Assembly: GCA_964459995.1 (NCBI GenBank)
Contig: CAYWOR010000009.1
Location: 36,891 to 100,890 of the forward strand
Length of the DNA: 64,000 nucleotides
Direction: 5' to 3'
Origin: an uncultured bacterium
Lineage (GTDB): Bacteria; UBP14; UBA6098
This document shows, piece after piece, positions 9,581 to 19,089 of the stretch. The notes beneath the pieces are model-generated. The model saw nothing but the letters and a program-made list of their open reading frames with translations, searched no databases and was not told the DNA's origin. Positions within the stretch are counted from its first letter, which is position 1; every line of letters starts with the position of its first letter. The position numbers and the translations under genes were made by a program.

Positions 9581-10300
9581 GTGAGTTCGCTCGAAATCGA
9601 AGAGTATTGGCGAGTCGAAATTCAAGGGGCATTGCCGGGGGAGGAGAGTATGAACCTCGACGCCGCCCTTTTGAACGAAGCCAAATCACAAACTTTTCAG
9701 CCGATGCTTAGATTTTACGATTGGCTGAATCCAACACTTACAATCGGATACGGACAACCAAGAAGCGACATCGATTTCGAAGCACTCGAACGCGACGGTG
9801 TAGATTTCGCTGTCCGTCCGACCGGAGGAAGGGCGGTTCTGCATTGGGACGAGGTAACCTATTCGATAATACTTCCATCGGGACATCCAATCAGTGAATC
9901 GAGCGTGCTCGAAAGTTACCATACGATATCGGTTGGCCTCGCAGAGGGACTTCGTAGGATTGGGATAGAGGCCGAAATCTCCCGCGGCGAATCGGGCGGC
10001 CATAAGAATCCTTCATGTTTCTCATCGACCAGCAGATATGAAGTCTCGGTTGGCGGGAAGAAACTTATCGGAAGCGCCCAACGCCGAAAAAACGGTGCTT
10101 TGCTTCAACAAGGATCGATTCCGGTTGGCGGCGAATTTCGGTATCTGGACAGATATCTAGTGAATTCGGAGATTGACCCCGAACTTTCAAAAAAAGCCGT
10201 CTGTATAAGCGAATGCGTCGATACGGCACCTTTAAAATCCCAAATCTACAAAATTCTGGCCGATTCTCTCGCCGAGAAGCTTTGTTTTAGCTATTCTTAA
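9581..10300 (+). CDS. lipoate-protein ligase / octanoyltransferase family protein (BPL/LPL catalytic domain)
   Basis: 239 aa; motifs typical of LplA/LipB-like BPL_LPL catalytic domains (RPTGGRAVLHWDEVTYSII, KLIGSAQRR). Confidence 0.65.
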   Translation: MSSLEIEEYWRVEIQGALPGEESMNLDAALLNEAKSQTFQPMLRFYDWLNPTLTIGYGQPRSDIDFEALERDGVDFAVRPTGGRAVLHWDEVTYSIILPSGHPISESSVLESYHTISVGLAEGLRRIGIEAEISRGESGGHKNPSCFSSTSRYEVSVGGKKLIGSAQRRKNGALLQQGSIPVGGEFRYLDRYLVNSEIDPELSKKAVCISECVDTAPLKSQIYKILADSLAEKLCFSYS

Positions 10301-10386
10301 TAAGTTACTATTTCTTTCGAGCCTCTTAACCAAGTGGATATCCGACCTTGCCTCAGTTAATATTCACATTATTAATTAGAAAGAGC

Positions 10387-10415
10387 TTGACACTCGCGAG
10401 GCCGCGAAATATAAT
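10387..10415 (+). promoter_or_regulatory. consensus sigma70 promoter TTGACA-17-TATAAT
   Basis: TTGACA at 10387-10392, exact 17-nt spacer, TATAAT at 10410-10415; followed by an ~88-nt leader, a GGGGAGG RBS and the ATG at 10504. Confidence 0.7.
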
Positions 10416-10503
10416 TTACGGATAAAGCATCGGTTAAGTTTATCGATGTATTCCGTTAATTTGGAAGAATTGAAATGAAAAAAATATAGCAGGGGAGGTT
10501 TCG

Positions 10504-13500
10504 ATGGTGCAGAAACGCACCTCGGGGCTTATTGTAGCCCTAATGGTTCTTATCATCCTTGTTCCCGTCCTTTGGGGGCAAGAGTCCGGTAAAATCCGTG
10601 GGAAAGTTACCGAGAAAAATACCGGCGATCCTCTCGCCGGCGTCAATGTCCAGCTCCTTAGCGACAATGACATGATCCAAGGCGGCGCCGCCACCGATTT
10701 CGATGGCGAATATTTCATCCTCAATGCACGCGCCGGCATCTACAAAATCAAAGTCTCATATGTCGGCTACAACACAGTGATCGTCAATAATGTGATGGTT
10801 TCGACCGACCAAACCACCGTCATAAATGTTCAGATGGAGGACGAGGTCATTAAAGGCACTGAGGTTACTGTTTATGCCGACAAAGACGAAGTCAAGCTCG
10901 ACGTTACACACTCCGAAGCCAAAGTTACCGGCGACGACATCGCGAAACGTCCGGTTACGCGTATCGACGATGTTCTTGAAACGAAAGCCGGTATCGTCTC
11001 GCGCGATGGACAGATTCATATGCGCGGAGGCCGTTCTCGCGAGGTTACTTACATGGTTGACGGTATGCCGGTTACCGACCCGACCTATGGTGCGAAGGGT
11101 CTCGAAGTGGCTACCTCCAGTGTCCAGGAGGTTTCGGTGCAAACCGGAAGCTACAATGCCGAATATGGCGGCGCTCTCTCCGGTATCGTGAACATCGTTA
11201 CAAGAGAGGGTAGTGTTACCAATTTCTCCGGTAGCGCTATGTATCTTACCGACGACTTTATTCTCGACGAGCTGAATAAATTCTCAAGGAATTCTGACAG
11301 GTTGGAGTTCTCGCTTTCCGGTCCAGAACCAATCAGCACTTACATTCTTCCAGTGGTTGGTCTCGAGATTCCGCGTTCCCAAAGGGTAAGCTACTTCCTT
11401 TCGGTTACCGGCGAGAACACAGATACAAGATATCCGTATAACACCCTCTGGGATCTCGATGAGATAATGCCCACAAACGATCCCATCGGAACGCCCTACG
11501 CTATCGATTATGGCTGGTATGGTTTCTTCCCCGAGAGGCGTTATAACGAATACACAGCCACTCTCAAACTCAAACAGAAATTAACCCCCTCCATGTCCTA
11601 TACCGTTACCGGAACAGGCAACTGGACAAAATCCAGAAGCTGGAGTTGGGATTATATTTATGTTCCTCAGAACGCCCAGGTTGTCGAAAGAAAGGCTTAT
11701 CAGCTTTCTGCGAAGTGGGTTCACAACCTCTCTCCGAGGACATTCTACGAGATTCGTGCCGGATATTTCCGCACAGGTCTCGATTATGAGCCGGGTGGAC
11801 TAACACCGGATGCTTTTGCTGTAGATAGCTCGGTTTACGGTAGTCTCGATGACTGGATCGATATCAACGGCGACGGCGTTCCACAGGTCAGAGTCAAATG
11901 GTGGGACTCTAACTCCAACGGCCAGTGGGATTTCTGGGAGTATTGGGAACCGATTGTCGACTATGTTGACACAGTTTGGGCGGATGCCGCTCGAACAACC
12001 ATCGCATACCTCGATACGGTTTACATCGACGACAGGCCGCCCATGCTTGGCGAAGAGCCATGGTATGAGATTAACGGAAACAATGTCTTCGAGCCACGAG
12101 AGACCAATTTCAACAGCTATATTCTCGCAAGCCCGATGGACAGACCTGAACCTTATGTCGATGGCGAACCTTTCCGCGATGGAATGCCCTTTGGAATCGG
12201 ATTCTATGGCGAAAATGTGTATCCCGGCGGCCTTTTCATCGATGACACTCTTTGGGTCGATTTGAACGGCAATGGGATAAAGGAGATGGGCGAGTTTGTT
12301 TTCGGAACCTATTATTATAACAATCCTCTTGTTCCCGAGCAATATCACATAGCCCTCGAAGAAACGACCTGGAACGATATAAACGGCAACGGCCGTGTCG
12401 ATTGGGGCGAGTTTGTCGATGTCAACCGCGACGGTGTATATACTATTCGCAATGGTTATTGCGACTTCATCGACGCGAATGGAAACGGTGTTTATGATGT
12501 CGGCGAAGAGGGCGAGGCTTTCCTCGATCTCAACGGAAATGGCAAATATGACGGCCCCAATTACCAGCGTGATGAATGGGAGCCGTATATCGACCTCAAC
12601 GGCAACGGTAAATGGGACGGCACCGACCTCTTCCTCGACCGCGGTTTCGATCGTTATGCGGTATGGCATCGTAGAGAAACGAATATTCTAATGGCAAAAG
12701 CCGACCTTACGAGCCAAGTCGATAATAATAATCAGGTCAAAACCGGTGTTGAATTCCAGTATATCAACATGAATATGCAGGAAATCCAATACCCCGAGTT
12801 CAAATATGACCGCGAACCGGATGGCGGCCCTTATCAGGAACATGGTGTCTTTAGATCTTTCTACGAAAGGTCTCCTAAACAGTTCGCATGGTATATTCAG
12901 GACAAGATGGAATACGGCGGTCTAATCGCAAATATCGGCGTTAGGCTCGATGTGTTCCTTCAGGCGGGCGAGGTTTTGGAAGATTCCGTCTCGCAAGCCA
13001 TCGTTCAAGTTCTTCCGGAATACGACAAAATTTTCAAATCCCAAAGCACGCTTAGCCCGCGTATCGGTATGAGCTACCCGATTACGGACAAATCCAAATT
13101 GTTCTTCAGCTATGCACATCTGTATCAGCTTCCGGGATATGATAATTTCTATCAGATGCCTACTCAGGCGAGCCGCGCCGGAAGGCTTCTCGGTAACCCG
13201 AACCTCGGATATGAAAAGACCGTTACATACGAAATCGGCGTTGGATATGGTCTTACCGACGACTGGACTCTGGAACTATCCGGTTATTATAAGGATATTT
13301 ATGGCCTTCTGAATACGATCACTCAGAATCTCGGGCCAATTTCCCAGAGTGTTTATGAGAATCAGGACTATGCTCGAAGCAGAGGCATCGAAATGTCGAT
13401 TCGCAAAAGATATTCTGATAGATGGAGCTTAGATGCGAACTATCAGTATGCTTTCGCTTTCGGCAAATCCAGCTCGAACCGTAGCGGCTATGACGCCCTC

Positions 13501-14007
13501 TTCGATCAATCGGCGATTCCGCTTCAGGACTTACCTTTAAATTGGGATCAACGCCATATGATTAATCTCGTCGGCGATTATCGCGTCCAGGAAGGGGACA
13601 ACCCAATTGTATTCGGACTTAGAATTCCTGATAAATGGGGATTGAATCTGCTCTTCCAGTTTGGAAGCGGATTCCCATACACACCTACAGTCAAAAACCC
13701 GAATTGGGATCCTTCTCCGGGCGAGAAGGCTTGGGAACGTGAAAATGCTCTCAGAATGCCGCCGAACTACAATATCGATTTACGCTTCAACAAAGATTTC
13801 ACTATTGCAGGGATGGATTATTCATTCCTCATATGGGTTCAGAATCTCACAAACAGGCGGAATATCGAGTATGTTTATAGCGAAACCGGCGAGCCTGATG
13901 ACTGGAGTATAGACGACGGTCTAGGAAACGGGATGGATTATGCGTATAATCCTGAACATTGGAGCGCCCCGACTAACATAAGACTCGGCCTTCAGATAAG
14001 CTGGTAA
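10504..14007 (+). CDS. large outer-membrane plug-and-barrel protein (carboxypeptidase-regulatory-like domain + TonB-dependent-receptor-like plug/barrel) with internal Ca-binding-like DxNGNG repeats
   Basis: 1167 aa; signal peptide; CarbopepD_reg-like N-terminal domain (GKIRGKVTEKNTGDPLAGVNVQLL...YKIKVSYVGY); plug-like region (IHMRGGRSREVTYMVDGMPV); beta-barrel-like C-terminal half; five DxNGNG(K/R)xDxGE repeats in the middle. Confidence 0.6.
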   Translation: MVQKRTSGLIVALMVLIILVPVLWGQESGKIRGKVTEKNTGDPLAGVNVQLLSDNDMIQGGAATDFDGEYFILNARAGIYKIKVSYVGYNTVIVNNVMVSTDQTTVINVQMEDEVIKGTEVTVYADKDEVKLDVTHSEAKVTGDDIAKRPVTRIDDVLETKAGIVSRDGQIHMRGGRSREVTYMVDGMPVTDPTYGAKGLEVATSSVQEVSVQTGSYNAEYGGALSGIVNIVTREGSVTNFSGSAMYLTDDFILDELNKFSRNSDRLEFSLSGPEPISTYILPVVGLEIPRSQRVSYFLSVTGENTDTRYPYNTLWDLDEIMPTNDPIGTPYAIDYGWYGFFPERRYNEYTATLKLKQKLTPSMSYTVTGTGNWTKSRSWSWDYIYVPQNAQVVERKAYQLSAKWVHNLSPRTFYEIRAGYFRTGLDYEPGGLTPDAFAVDSSVYGSLDDWIDINGDGVPQVRVKWWDSNSNGQWDFWEYWEPIVDYVDTVWADAARTTIAYLDTVYIDDRPPMLGEEPWYEINGNNVFEPRETNFNSYILASPMDRPEPYVDGEPFRDGMPFGIGFYGENVYPGGLFIDDTLWVDLNGNGIKEMGEFVFGTYYYNNPLVPEQYHIALEETTWNDINGNGRVDWGEFVDVNRDGVYTIRNGYCDFIDANGNGVYDVGEEGEAFLDLNGNGKYDGPNYQRDEWEPYIDLNGNGKWDGTDLFLDRGFDRYAVWHRRETNILMAKADLTSQVDNNNQVKTGVEFQYINMNMQEIQYPEFKYDREPDGGPYQEHGVFRSFYERSPKQFAWYIQDKMEYGGLIANIGVRLDVFLQAGEVLEDSVSQAIVQVLPEYDKIFKSQSTLSPRIGMSYPITDKSKLFFSYAHLYQLPGYDNFYQMPTQASRAGRLLGNPNLGYEKTVTYEIGVGYGLTDDWTLELSGYYKDIYGLLNTITQNLGPISQSVYENQDYARSRGIEMSIRKRYSDRWSLDANYQYAFAFGKSSSNRSGYDALFDQSAIPLQDLPLNWDQRHMINLVGDYRVQEGDNPIVFGLRIPDKWGLNLLFQFGSGFPYTPTVKNPNWDPSPGEKAWERENALRMPPNYNIDLRFNKDFTIAGMDYSFLIWVQNLTNRRNIEYVYSETGEPDDWSIDDGLGNGMDYAYNPEHWSAPTNIRLGLQISW
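11860..12630 (+). repeat. coding repeat: 5-6 copies of calcium-binding-like DxNGNGxxDxGE (EF-hand/thrombospondin-type-3/dockerin-like) loops inside the barrel gene
   Basis: DINGDGVPQ, DLNGNGIKEMGEF, DINGNGRVDWGEF, DANGNGVYDVGEEGE, DLNGNGKYDG and DLNGNGKWDG are visible in the translation. Confidence 0.7.
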
Positions 14008-14011
14008 GGAA

Positions 14012-16366
14012 ATGAGTATATTGGAGCAAAAAATGAAAAGAGAAGTTACATTCATAATGCTTATCCTTCTTGGGGGGATGCTTCTATCCGGAGCACTCTT
14101 CGGCGAAGACGGCCCAGCTGGGCAAACATCGCCGAGAAGAAGGCCGGCGGTATCTACGCCGGCAGTGGATGAGAAGACTCACGATGTCGGTCAGCTCTTC
14201 TTTACAGTATCGAACTGGGGATTCTTTGGAAGCCAGAGAGGCGAAGATGATCCGAGATACTGCATCATCTACAAAACCGGCGCAAAAACCGGACAATGCA
14301 GGCCTGCCGCTGAATATCCCGGTGGATCGGGCTTAGAATATCTATTCCAGGGAGCACTATGGATTGGCGCTGTTGTTGCCGGCGATACCCTTGTGAGTGT
14401 CGGTGAAGACGGCTGGTTCCACGATGTAAACGAGCTCCTACCGGGATATAATCAGGCCACCGATACAATAATGATCAACTCGATATATCTTGATTCTTTG
14501 ATAGCTATCAGCGAACAGGATTTCGAGGCGATGATGACCGATACGGTGAAAAACCCAAGTATTGTTCCTACCGAGCATAGACCTATTGGTGTCGAAGTCC
14601 GTCAGCGTTCGGTGTCTTGGTCATATAACTATGCACGTAATTTCGTTATCATCGACTACTGGTTCAGAAACATTCGTGAAGAGAGGGATACCATTCGTGA
14701 CGCCTATGTCGGAATATATATCGACGGTGATGTCGGGCATGTGAATACTCCTCAATATGCTCAGGACGATGTTACGGGATTTGTGCAGTCATATTGGGAT
14801 CCAATCAAAAACGATTCAATTGTTGTGAATACTGCATGGTTGGCCGATAACGACGGCGATCCGACAAACGACGGCCGTTTCGACGAGTATTCGCCAACAG
14901 GTGCTTTGGGAATCGCACTTCTCAAAGTCGGTGAGAATCCTCTCGATGAACTAACATATTCTTACAACTGGTGGGTATCGAATACAAACGAAGATATCGA
15001 CTGGGGCCCGATGCACAGATATCCGCCGATGAGCTGGGACGGAACTCCTGAAACCGATATTATGAAATATCAGGTTATGAGCAACGGCGAGTTCGACTAC
15101 AACCAGACAGATATTCTCAATTATAGGGATCACCCTGATTGGGTTCCGCCTCCTTCGGATTTGGCGGAAAATATGAGATGCGGATACGATACGAGATTCC
15201 TATTCTCCTTCGGGCCGTTTGATATTCTCCCGGATGACACAATGAGGATAGCTATTGCGGTTATGGTTGCCGAGGATTTCCATCAGGATCCGAATGTTGT
15301 CGGCGATTGCCAACCGGAGAAATTCAATTATGCCGGGGTAGGTAAAACAACTCAGTGGGTTCGTGATGTTTATGGCGCTCCGAACGGCCTTGGTGTGCCG
15401 AATTATCAGGGACCTGTGCCGCCGCCGAAGCCATATTTCGAGGTCGAGACTTACGATAACAAGATCGACATCTATTGGAAATTCCAGGAAGCTATGAATT
15501 TCACCGACCCGATAACACTGCTTGAGGATTTCGCAGGTTTTAGGATTTACACCGCCGAAGCGAATCTCGAGAGCTACTATGTTCCGATCATCGAGTTCGA
15601 CAAAGTTCTCTTCACCGATTATAATTCACTCGATACCTTCCAGATTCAGGTCAGAACCGACGAGTTCCTCGCGCCGGAAGATTTTTCACCGGGCACATTC
15701 CCGACACTCGATACGACTTATACTTGGGATGGCGGAGAGGTTGTTGTGGACGTGTTCCCGAGGAAGAAATTCGGAACTAACTCCGGATTGCCGGAACCTG
15801 TCATGCGCAACGGAGAAGAATGGTTCAAATACACCCTTACAAACCAGCGCGCCGGGTCGGACATCTACATCTCTGTAACAGCATATGACTATGGCCAGCC
15901 CACACGCGATCTCGAATCGTTGGAATCGTCGAAAACTACGAACTATAAATGGGTGGTTCCGGTTGGAAGCGGTGAGACTTCAAAAGAGGTCTATGTTATT
16001 CCGAATCCCTATCGAGTAGATAATAACTACGCCGGTGCCGAGGGTCTCGACTGGGAAACGCCGGTCGGTCAGGTTTGGACGGAATATTCCCGCAAGATAA
16101 GATTCGCGAATCTTCCGCCAAGATGTATCATCCGTATTTATACGGTTGATGGCGACCTCGTAGATGAGATGACTCATAGCGACGATGGTTTCTGGCAAGG
16201 TGGAAAAGACAACAAAGACTCCGACAGAAAAGACATGGTAGGTGCCGAAGACTGGGATCTTATCAACAAAAACGATCAGGCCATAGCCAGCGGTATTTAT
16301 ATGTTCAGTGTCGAGAATGCTGAGACAGGCGAATATCAACTTGGTAAATTCGTTATTATTAAATAA
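14012..16366 (+). CDS. secreted protein with T9SS C-terminal sorting domain (T9SS cargo; function unknown)
   Basis: 784 aa; signal peptide; the C-terminal ~90 aa fit the T9SS CTD pattern (VIPNPYR...IRFANLPPRCIIRIYTVDGDLV...ASGIYMFSVENAETGEYQLGKFVIIK); Trp-rich body with no family recognised. Confidence 0.55.
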   Translation: MSILEQKMKREVTFIMLILLGGMLLSGALFGEDGPAGQTSPRRRPAVSTPAVDEKTHDVGQLFFTVSNWGFFGSQRGEDDPRYCIIYKTGAKTGQCRPAAEYPGGSGLEYLFQGALWIGAVVAGDTLVSVGEDGWFHDVNELLPGYNQATDTIMINSIYLDSLIAISEQDFEAMMTDTVKNPSIVPTEHRPIGVEVRQRSVSWSYNYARNFVIIDYWFRNIREERDTIRDAYVGIYIDGDVGHVNTPQYAQDDVTGFVQSYWDPIKNDSIVVNTAWLADNDGDPTNDGRFDEYSPTGALGIALLKVGENPLDELTYSYNWWVSNTNEDIDWGPMHRYPPMSWDGTPETDIMKYQVMSNGEFDYNQTDILNYRDHPDWVPPPSDLAENMRCGYDTRFLFSFGPFDILPDDTMRIAIAVMVAEDFHQDPNVVGDCQPEKFNYAGVGKTTQWVRDVYGAPNGLGVPNYQGPVPPPKPYFEVETYDNKIDIYWKFQEAMNFTDPITLLEDFAGFRIYTAEANLESYYVPIIEFDKVLFTDYNSLDTFQIQVRTDEFLAPEDFSPGTFPTLDTTYTWDGGEVVVDVFPRKKFGTNSGLPEPVMRNGEEWFKYTLTNQRAGSDIYISVTAYDYGQPTRDLESLESSKTTNYKWVVPVGSGETSKEVYVIPNPYRVDNNYAGAEGLDWETPVGQVWTEYSRKIRFANLPPRCIIRIYTVDGDLVDEMTHSDDGFWQGGKDNKDSDRKDMVGAEDWDLINKNDQAIASGIYMFSVENAETGEYQLGKFVIIK

Positions 16367-16377
16367 CCGGGAGAATC

Positions 16378-17304
16378 ATGAGACAACATAAATTAATCAT
16401 AGCCGCATTGATACTCCTTCCGATTGTCGCTTTCGCACAGGCGAAGGTGGGCACAGCGGCGGCCCAGTTTCTCGAGATTCCCGTCGGCGCACGTTCGGTG
16501 GGTATGGGCGACGCCTTCTTAGCTACAGCTAATGACGTCTCCGCGATATACTACAACCCCGCAGGGCTAACTAACCTTATGCGTAAAGAGGTTATGTTTA
16601 CGCATACAATGTGGCCTGCCGGCATAATGCACGATTTTGCGGCTTTTGCCATGCCAGTTCCTCAACTGGGCGGTGTAGTAGGCATTAGCGCAATCGGCCT
16701 TACAACAGGCGAGATGCGTGAGACCACTCCGGGACGGCCAGAAGGAACCGGAAGGACATTCACCGCAAGCGATCTCGCGGTGGGGGTTACATATTCACGA
16801 AAAATGACCGACCGTTTCTCGTTGGGCGTTACATGGAGATATGTGGGTGAGTATTACGCCGATGTCAAAGCTCATTCTTGGGCGATGGATATCGGAACTC
16901 TTTATCGCACACAGTTCAAGAATCTCCGTATCGGAATGAACTTCTCGAATTTCGGGCCGGATATTACCTTCCTTCAAACACCGTATCCACTACCTATGTC
17001 TTTTAAAATGGGCGTGGCGGCGGAAGTCTATGAAGCCGGAGCGCACAAAGTTACTCTTGGCGCTGAGGGAAGCCATCCAAACGACAATCTCGAGAAATTT
17101 CAAGTGGGGGCGGAGTATTGGTTCAATAACATGTTCGCAGTTCGCGGCGGTTATCGTTTCGGTGCATGGGATGCAGAGCGGTTCAATGCCGGTATTGGCG
17201 TTAGATTGCCGGTCGGAAATGTCATCACCAAGATAGATTATGCCTACAGCGACATGCAGGAATTGCTTAATGCTCACAAATTCACCCTTGGACTGGAATT
17301 TTAG
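16378..17304 (+). CDS. PorV/PorQ-family (FadL-like) outer-membrane beta-barrel protein, T9SS-associated
   Basis: 308 aa; signal peptide; the N-terminal motif AAQFLEIPVGARSVGMGDAF resembles PorV/PorQ (UPF0164) family proteins; ends in an aromatic residue (LGLEF). Confidence 0.45.
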   Translation: MRQHKLIIAALILLPIVAFAQAKVGTAAAQFLEIPVGARSVGMGDAFLATANDVSAIYYNPAGLTNLMRKEVMFTHTMWPAGIMHDFAAFAMPVPQLGGVVGISAIGLTTGEMRETTPGRPEGTGRTFTASDLAVGVTYSRKMTDRFSLGVTWRYVGEYYADVKAHSWAMDIGTLYRTQFKNLRIGMNFSNFGPDITFLQTPYPLPMSFKMGVAAEVYEAGAHKVTLGAEGSHPNDNLEKFQVGAEYWFNNMFAVRGGYRFGAWDAERFNAGIGVRLPVGNVITKIDYAYSDMQELLNAHKFTLGLEF

Positions 17305-17315
17305 GAGGCCCGAAT

Positions 17316-19031
17316 ATGAGAAAGACTAATATCATACTTATCATTCTGATGGTCGTTCTTGCTGGCCTTCTTATAACCGGTTGCGGCTATCAGGGCGATA
17401 TCGACACGAACCAGAAACCGATTATTAACCTCTACAATAATCCGGCTGACGGCGATACGCTTGGCGCCGCCCCGATTATGTATTGGCAAGCCTTCGACAC
17501 AGATGGCAAGGTTTATGTCTATGAATATATAATCCTGCCCCATCAGCAGGCCGGTAAAGGTCTCGCGACGAGTATTTGGAATCAGTATTACGAAAATCAA
17601 CAAAGCCTCGCCGATGTCGAATCTTTAGTAACACTCGATAATATGAAAATCCGCTGGACTCGTGTGGACAGTTCGAGCACCAGCGATACGATTTTCTTCC
17701 AGCATCTGCACCCGGATTCGGTTACTAAACACCTTTTCTGTGTTCGTGGAAAGGACAATGAGAACCTTTATTCGGATATCGTTTGCCGGACTTTCTATCG
17801 CAACAACCTTCCACCGGATTCATGTGTAATCGTTACCGATCCCTTCGATGGCGAAGAGTTCTGGATCCTTAAGGACACGACATACAGCTGGAAAGGTATC
17901 GAAGTAAGCTGGACAGGCGGCGATCCTGACCATTCTATTCTCCTCGAATACAGATGGCAACTCGAACAGGTTTCGACCGGTAATGTTGTTATCACTTCGT
18001 TAGTCGATGATTCTATCGGTGGAATTAACTCCGGTTATGATCCCACAGACGGTTGGGTTCGTAGCACGACTACTTATCTAAAAGGCGAGATTCCCGAAAA
18101 CGGCGACTATCGGTTCTGGGTTCAGGTTCGCGATGACGCCTTCTATCCCGGTGCCGCAGATACTGCTGTTATCACACTTGCTCAACCAGTATTCGACATT
18201 TCCGATCCAACTGTCAGACAGCAATATATAAACGGCACTTTCGTCCATAAGGTGCTTATAATCGACCAAAACAATTCAGTCGGTTATCCGGACTTTGCGA
18301 TTGTCAGTGCTTGGTATGATGGAGTTTTCGATAATCTCGTAAGTTCGAATGTAATACGTGATTACGAAATCATACGCCCCGCCAGTGCGTCCACGTGGAG
18401 TATCCCGCGCACCACTCTCGCAGACTACAGCATTATCTGGGTGCTCGACCAGGAGTATTTCAGCACAACTATGAAAATAGGCTCTGAGTATCTTCTTGAG
18501 CTTATGAATTATATTCAGGTTGGTGGAAGGCTTGTTTTCGACGGCAGGGATATGTTCAAAAACGAGCTCGATGTTTGGAGCCAGTCGCCGTCATATAACT
18601 ATTTCGGCATCGCTGAAGATGTCGAAGGTTCTGGTAACAAGATTTTTGCAAGAGCCGTTGCGAATACAAGTATTTCTGGGTTCCCCGATCTCTATGTAGA
18701 TCCTGCGAAGACAGTTGACGGTCTTTCGATAATCAACAGGGTTACTCGAATCGGTATGAGAGAGCCATCCTTCAGTGGAAGCCCTTATACTCAGCGCGTG
18801 TATAGTTTCGGTATCGTCGATACTGCAAGCGCAGATGATAAGAGAGATTTCGAGAATGTTCCGGTTGCGGTTCGTTTCGTAACACCGAGTTTCCGGTCAG
18901 CCTACTTCGGATTCCCGCTCTATCTTATGAATAATGATGAGGGGCAAGTCGAACAGGTAATCGAGAATACTCTCCAATTCATCAAAACGCAGTTGGATGT
19001 TCAGCCTGATTCGCTCGATATTCCGCTGTAA
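17316..19031 (+). CDS. hypothetical lipoprotein
   Basis: 571 aa; signal peptide with lipobox (LITGCGY); no recognisable domain; last gene of the cluster before the bidirectional terminator. Confidence 0.5.
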   Translation: MRKTNIILIILMVVLAGLLITGCGYQGDIDTNQKPIINLYNNPADGDTLGAAPIMYWQAFDTDGKVYVYEYIILPHQQAGKGLATSIWNQYYENQQSLADVESLVTLDNMKIRWTRVDSSSTSDTIFFQHLHPDSVTKHLFCVRGKDNENLYSDIVCRTFYRNNLPPDSCVIVTDPFDGEEFWILKDTTYSWKGIEVSWTGGDPDHSILLEYRWQLEQVSTGNVVITSLVDDSIGGINSGYDPTDGWVRSTTTYLKGEIPENGDYRFWVQVRDDAFYPGAADTAVITLAQPVFDISDPTVRQQYINGTFVHKVLIIDQNNSVGYPDFAIVSAWYDGVFDNLVSSNVIRDYEIIRPASASTWSIPRTTLADYSIIWVLDQEYFSTTMKIGSEYLLELMNYIQVGGRLVFDGRDMFKNELDVWSQSPSYNYFGIAEDVEGSGNKIFARAVANTSISGFPDLYVDPAKTVDGLSIINRVTRIGMREPSFSGSPYTQRVYSFGIVDTASADDKRDFENVPVAVRFVTPSFRSAYFGFPLYLMNNDEGQVEQVIENTLQFIKTQLDVQPDSLDIPL

Positions 19032-19049
19032 ACTCGAACCAAAGAAATC

Positions 19050-19088
19050 AAAAAAAAAGCCCGACCATTTGGCCGGGCTTTTTTTTTG
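19050..19088. terminator. bidirectional rho-independent terminator (A-tract, GCCCGACC/GGCCGGGC hairpin, T-tract)
   Basis: Sits between convergent genes: AAAAAAAAGCCCGACCATTTGGCCGGGCTTTTTTTTT. Confidence 0.8.
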
Positions 19089-19089
19089 C

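Noticed and set aside
10504-14007. Calling the 1167-aa barrel a SusC/RagA nutrient transporter of a polysaccharide utilisation locus
   Set aside because: There is no SusD-like lipoprotein partner (the next gene is a CTD-bearing secreted protein). No obvious TonB box was seen, and Ca-binding repeats are inserted. It is therefore described generically as a plug-and-barrel OMP.
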